A DNA stretch of 64,000 nt, from contig JAVJQW010000042.1 in NCBI GenBank assembly GCA_040218735.1, positions 160,001-224,000 on the forward strand. Reading direction: 5' to 3'. Both the position numbers and the translations under genes were made by a program. The first letter of the stretch is position 1. Every line of letters begins with the position of its first letter. Shown here piece by piece: positions 56,939 to 64,000 of the stretch. This DNA is from Deltaproteobacteria bacterium. GTDB taxonomy: Bacteria > Myxococcota > Kuafuiibacteriia > Kuafuiibacteriales > Kuafuiibacteriaceae. Below the pieces are notes generated by a model. It worked only from the letters and a program-made list of their open reading frames with translations. It did not search any database and had not been told where the DNA came from.

Positions 56939-57926
56939 GCCGCGACGTCACCGTCGTTGGCGACGGAATCATCGGCCTCGCGATCGCGAACGAGGCCCTC
57001 GACCGCGGGTGGGCCGTGACCCTCGTCGGCGAGGCACGTCCGGGCGCCGCGTCGAATGCGGCGGCCGGGATGCTCGCCCCGTTCGCCGAGGACGAGGTCG
57101 GCGCCGACGCGCTGGCGCCGCTGATGAACGCGAGCCTGGAGATGTACCCGGCGTGGCTCGCGCGTGTGGCGCCGCAAGTCAGGTTGCAGTCGCAGGGGAG
57201 TCTGTTCCTCGCGCGCGATCGCGATCGGTTGGTGCAGCTGCGTCACGAGGAGCGGCGACGTCGCGAGGGTGGCGCAGGATCGGGTGCACGTTGGCTCGAC
57301 CGCGACGCGCTCTTCGACGCCGAGCCCGCGTTGTCACCGCGGATGCTCGGCGGGTTCGTCGTCGAGCGCGAGCGCGCGGTGGACCCGCGGCGGCTGCGGG
57401 TGGCGCTCCGCGAACGCTTCGAGGCGCTGCGCGGTCGTGCGGCGGTCGGTGGTGTCACCGTGCGCGCCTGCGGAGCGTGGACCGATCCGTGGGTGCGTCC
57501 GGTACGCGGGCAGGCGCTCCTGTTGTCCGGCGCACCGCTGCTGTCGCACGTGATCCGCACGCCTGACGTGTACTTCGTGCCGCGGGGCGAGCAGCTCTAC
57601 GTCGGCGCCACGAGCGAAGAGAAGGCGTTCGATGTTCGCCCGACGGCGGGGGAGACGCTCGAGCTGTTGCGCGAGGCGTTTCGGCTGGTGCCGGGGATCG
57701 CGGAGCTGGCGTTGGACGAGGTGCTCGTCGGTTTCCGGCCCGCGACCCGCGATCACCTCCCGGTGATCGGACACGTCGCGCCGGAGGAGATCGTCGCGTC
57801 GGGTCACTACCGAAACGGCGTCCTGCTCGCGCCGATCACGGCGCGGCTCGTCGCGGATCTCATCGAGACCGGGGAGGTGCCCGCGTTGGCGCGGTTCGAT
57901 CCCCGGCGTTTTGGAGGGTTGAAGTC

Positions 57927-57930
<4 letters not shown>
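56935..57930 (+). CDS. thiO: Glycine oxidase
   Basis: VVGDGIIG, ASNAAAGML, PVRGQ, GFRP, GHYRNGVLLAP; thi operon context. Confidence 0.9.
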
Positions 57931-61488
<3,558 letters not shown>

Positions 61489-61490
<2 letters not shown>

Positions 61491-61962
61491 GAAGCAGGTG
61501 ATTTGGACCCTCGGTACCCTCACGGTGATTCTGACGGGGACGATTGCCTGCAGCCCGAGCGGTGCGCGCGTCGACGGTCTCGACTTCGTCGCGCGCGACG
61601 CCCTGTACGTGCAGGTCGAGGACACGCGTAAGCCAGGTGAAAAGAACTTGGTGCTGATCGTGTCGGACGTCGACGACCTCTGCGACCACGCCAACCGCGG
61701 CGACTCGTTCGCCGGCCGCGCGAAGCTCGAGATCGTGCACCGGTACACCGGCTCCGTACGCTTCCAGTTCATGAAGTTCGACGACGACTGCTCGGTGATG
61801 CACCACGAGGACACCGGGCAGGGGTGGATCGAGACGGGTGATCTCGGCGGTCGTCACATCGACGCGAGCTTCACGTTCGTTGGCGGTGAGACAAACGTCA
61901 CGGGTGAGCTGACGGCGCGCAGCTGCACCGTTCCCGACGGCTTCTTCCACGCCTGTAAGTAG
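61489..61962 (+). CDS. Hypothetical lipoprotein
   Basis: MKQVIW...GTIAC lipobox; purine-rich RBS upstream. Confidence 0.72.
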
Positions 61963-61976
61963 GTGATAGTCGCGCC

Positions 61977-62309
61977 ATGACGCGTCTCTTCCTCGCCGCG
62001 CTCGCGGCGACGTTTCTCTGTTTCTCGGCTACGCCGGTGTTCGCCAAGTCGAAGGTGAACAAGGGCAGCTGCTCGCTGAAGGGCAAGAAGCTCTTCGGCA
62101 AGGTGAAGATCGTGAAGCACCACGCCGACCTGAAGGTGAAGGTCGTGAAGCACCACCCAGACCTCAAGGTGAAGAAGGTGAAGAACTTCCCGAACAAGTG
62201 CGGGAAGTGGAAGATCGTCGAGCACCACGCCGACTTCAAGATCAAGCTGGTGGATCACCACGCCGATCTGAAGGTGAAGTGGGTGAACAACTTCCCGGGC
62301 GTGCCGTAG
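61977..62309 (+). CDS. Small secreted Lys-rich protein with V(K/E/D)HH(A/P)D(L/F)K(V/I)K repeats
   Basis: Signal peptide; six ~11-aa repeats, two ending NFP; two Cys in the mature part. Confidence 0.85.
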   Translation: MTRLFLAALAATFLCFSATPVFAKSKVNKGSCSLKGKKLFGKVKIVKHHADLKVKVVKHHPDLKVKKVKNFPNKCGKWKIVEHHADFKIKLVDHHADLKVKWVNNFPGVP

Positions 62310-62312
62310 CTG

Positions 62313-63299
62313 CTACTTCGCCGTTCGAGTTTGGTTACGACCGTTCTCCTTGGCCTCGTAGAGCGCAGCGTCGGCGCGGCCCAACACGGAGGCGAGGTCT
62401 TCGTCGTCTTCCGTCGCCGTCGCGATCCCGAGGCTGACCGTGATCGAGAAGCTCACGTCGTCGACGTCGATCGCATCGGCTGCCACGGCTCGGCGGATAC
62501 GTTCGGCGACGACGAACGCGCCCTCCGGGCCCGTGCGAGGGAGTAGCAGTACGAACTCCTCGCCGCCGAGTCGCGACACTTCTCCCTCGGCCGTTCGGAG
62601 GAGATCTGCGGTGCGGCCGATGTCGTCGGTTAGGCGCAAGTCACGTTGCGCCCGCTCCACCACGGTCTGAATCGCGACGTCGCCGGCGTGATGTCCCCAC
62701 GTGTCGTTCACCCGCTTGAAGTGGTCGATGTCGAGGATCACCAAGCTCAGGGGTTCTTCGAGTTCTTGTGCGGCGACGAATGCCTCAGCGCCCCGCTGTT
62801 CGAATGTGCGCCGATTGAACGCGCCAGTGAGGGAGTCCGTCGTCGCGAGTAGCTCGAGCCTTCGGGCTTGTTCCTTCAACTTGGTGACGTCGTGGACCAG
62901 GACCTGGACCACGGGGGTGCCGTCCCAGGGTAGCGAACCGATGATGACCTCGGCCGTGAAGGGTGTTCCGTCCGCGGAGCTCATGAGCACCTCATCGATT
63001 CGGCGGGGTTCCGTTTCGTTGAACGCCGCGGAGAACGCCTTGGCGACGGGATCGCGTGCGGACTCGTCGACGAAGTCGAGGAAGTGCTGGCCCACGAGGT
63101 TGGTGGACGCGTGCCCCAGCATTCGTGCGATCTGCTGATTCGCATAGAGCGCACCCTGCACCTGGTGGATGAACAGACCGACCGGTAGCAGGTCGAGGAG
63201 CGCGCCCATGCGCTCCTGCGTGTCGATGAGCGAAGCCTGCGTCTGCGCCGCGCTGCGTTCCGTTTCGGTGTCGTCGATGAAGAACACTTCGGCGGACAT
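62313..63299 (-). CDS. PAS-GGDEF diguanylate cyclase
   Basis: PAS (YANQ...MLG), DSLTGAFNRR, DIDHFKRVND, RLGGEEF, ADAALYEAK. Confidence 0.93.
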   Translation of the reverse strand: MSAEVFFIDDTETERSAAQTQASLIDTQERMGALLDLLPVGLFIHQVQGALYANQQIARMLGHASTNLVGQHFLDFVDESARDPVAKAFSAAFNETEPRRIDEVLMSSADGTPFTAEVIIGSLPWDGTPVVQVLVHDVTKLKEQARRLELLATTDSLTGAFNRRTFEQRGAEAFVAAQELEEPLSLVILDIDHFKRVNDTWGHHAGDVAIQTVVERAQRDLRLTDDIGRTADLLRTAEGEVSRLGGEEFVLLLPRTGPEGAFVVAERIRRAVAADAIDVDDVSFSITVSLGIATATEDDEDLASVLGRADAALYEAKENGRNQTRTAK

Positions 63300-63402
63300 C
63301 GGTCCTGTCTCCATCGGCGCTCGATGTCCGTCTGCAAGGGCCGCGGATCGCGGTGTCTCGTCGCGAACCACTTCGCCGTGTCTCAGGGGATGGGGCGGCA
63401 GC

Positions 63403-63987
63403 ATGGGCCGTGTTCTCGTGGTCGTGTCCCCGCTCGTCGTCCTCCTCGCCCTCGCCGCACCCACGACCGAAGCCGAGCGCATCGTCGCCGCCGCCGAGTC
63501 CTTCCTCGGTCAGCCGTACGTCTTCGGCGGGCGCGCGGGTCGGCGTGGGTGTCGCAGCGAAGGCAAACGCGTCCGCTGCCGCGAGGGGATCGACTGCCAG
63601 TCGCTGATCTTCTTCGCGTACGAGAAGGTGCTCGGCACCCACTGGACGCGGTACTCCGTGATGCCCAGCGTCGCCGTGAAGCGCCGCCGTCTGGGGCGCC
63701 CGGTCGCAGGTCTGGACGGCGTGCTGCGCGAACGCCTCGACCCGAGCGCGCTGCGCGTCGGCGACGTCCTCTTCTTCCTCCTCGCCGAATACAACCTCGA
63801 CGCGGACCCGCCCCTGTGGACCCACGACGACGTGCGTTACGGCGTGTGGCACACCGCGCTGGTCCACAGCGTGGGGGAGGAAGTGCGCATCATCCACGCG
63901 CGTCCGGGTGATCGCGTCGTCATCCAGCCGCTCGATGTGATCGCGTTCGACGCGCTGTTCGTGCTGCGCCGCCCGGGTGTACGGTGA
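63403..63987 (+). CDS. NlpC/P60-like cell-wall peptidase
   Basis: Signal peptide, LGQPYVFGG, GIDCQS (catalytic Cys), GDVLFF, HTAL, IIHA. Confidence 0.82.
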   Translation: MGRVLVVVSPLVVLLALAAPTTEAERIVAAAESFLGQPYVFGGRAGRRGCRSEGKRVRCREGIDCQSLIFFAYEKVLGTHWTRYSVMPSVAVKRRRLGRPVAGLDGVLRERLDPSALRVGDVLFFLLAEYNLDADPPLWTHDDVRYGVWHTALVHSVGEEVRIIHARPGDRVVIQPLDVIAFDALFVLRRPGVR

Positions 63988-64000
63988 TGCAGATGATCGC

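Overview
High-GC chromosomal window with a Myxococcota-like (deltaproteobacterial) gene inventory: four Ser/Thr kinase genes, two sigma-54 activators, an ECF sigma/anti-sigma module and many Cys-rich lipoproteins. Housekeeping content includes pssA, topB, ftsX-envC-S41 protease, pdxA, a tRNA(CAU), and a TPP riboswitch followed by thiE-thiO-thiS-thiG-thiC. Two features stand out. (1) A ~4.1 kb, visibly lower-GC island (37462-41569) is bounded by an exact 20-bp direct repeat and sits at the shared stop codons of two convergent genes. It has no integrase and carries a coupled three-gene operon (ABC/AAA ATPase, TOPRIM-like protein, DUF262 protein) that looks like a Menshen/PARIS-related anti-phage system in an unusual arrangement. 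(2) A strictly 42-bp-phased array of 14 conserved 14-bp cores with variable spacers lies inside the anti-sigma gene, with one solitary intergenic copy of the core. Also noted: an Lnt/C39 double pseudo-enzyme fusion, an orphan HcrB-like flavoprotein, a CatA-like acetyltransferase, a candidate sigma-54 promoter ahead of a harpin-like low-complexity protein, signs of leaderless genes, and a possible knotted-protein homolog. All product calls come from motif recognition by eye; no searches were run. Several starts were adjusted by hand relative to the ORF track.
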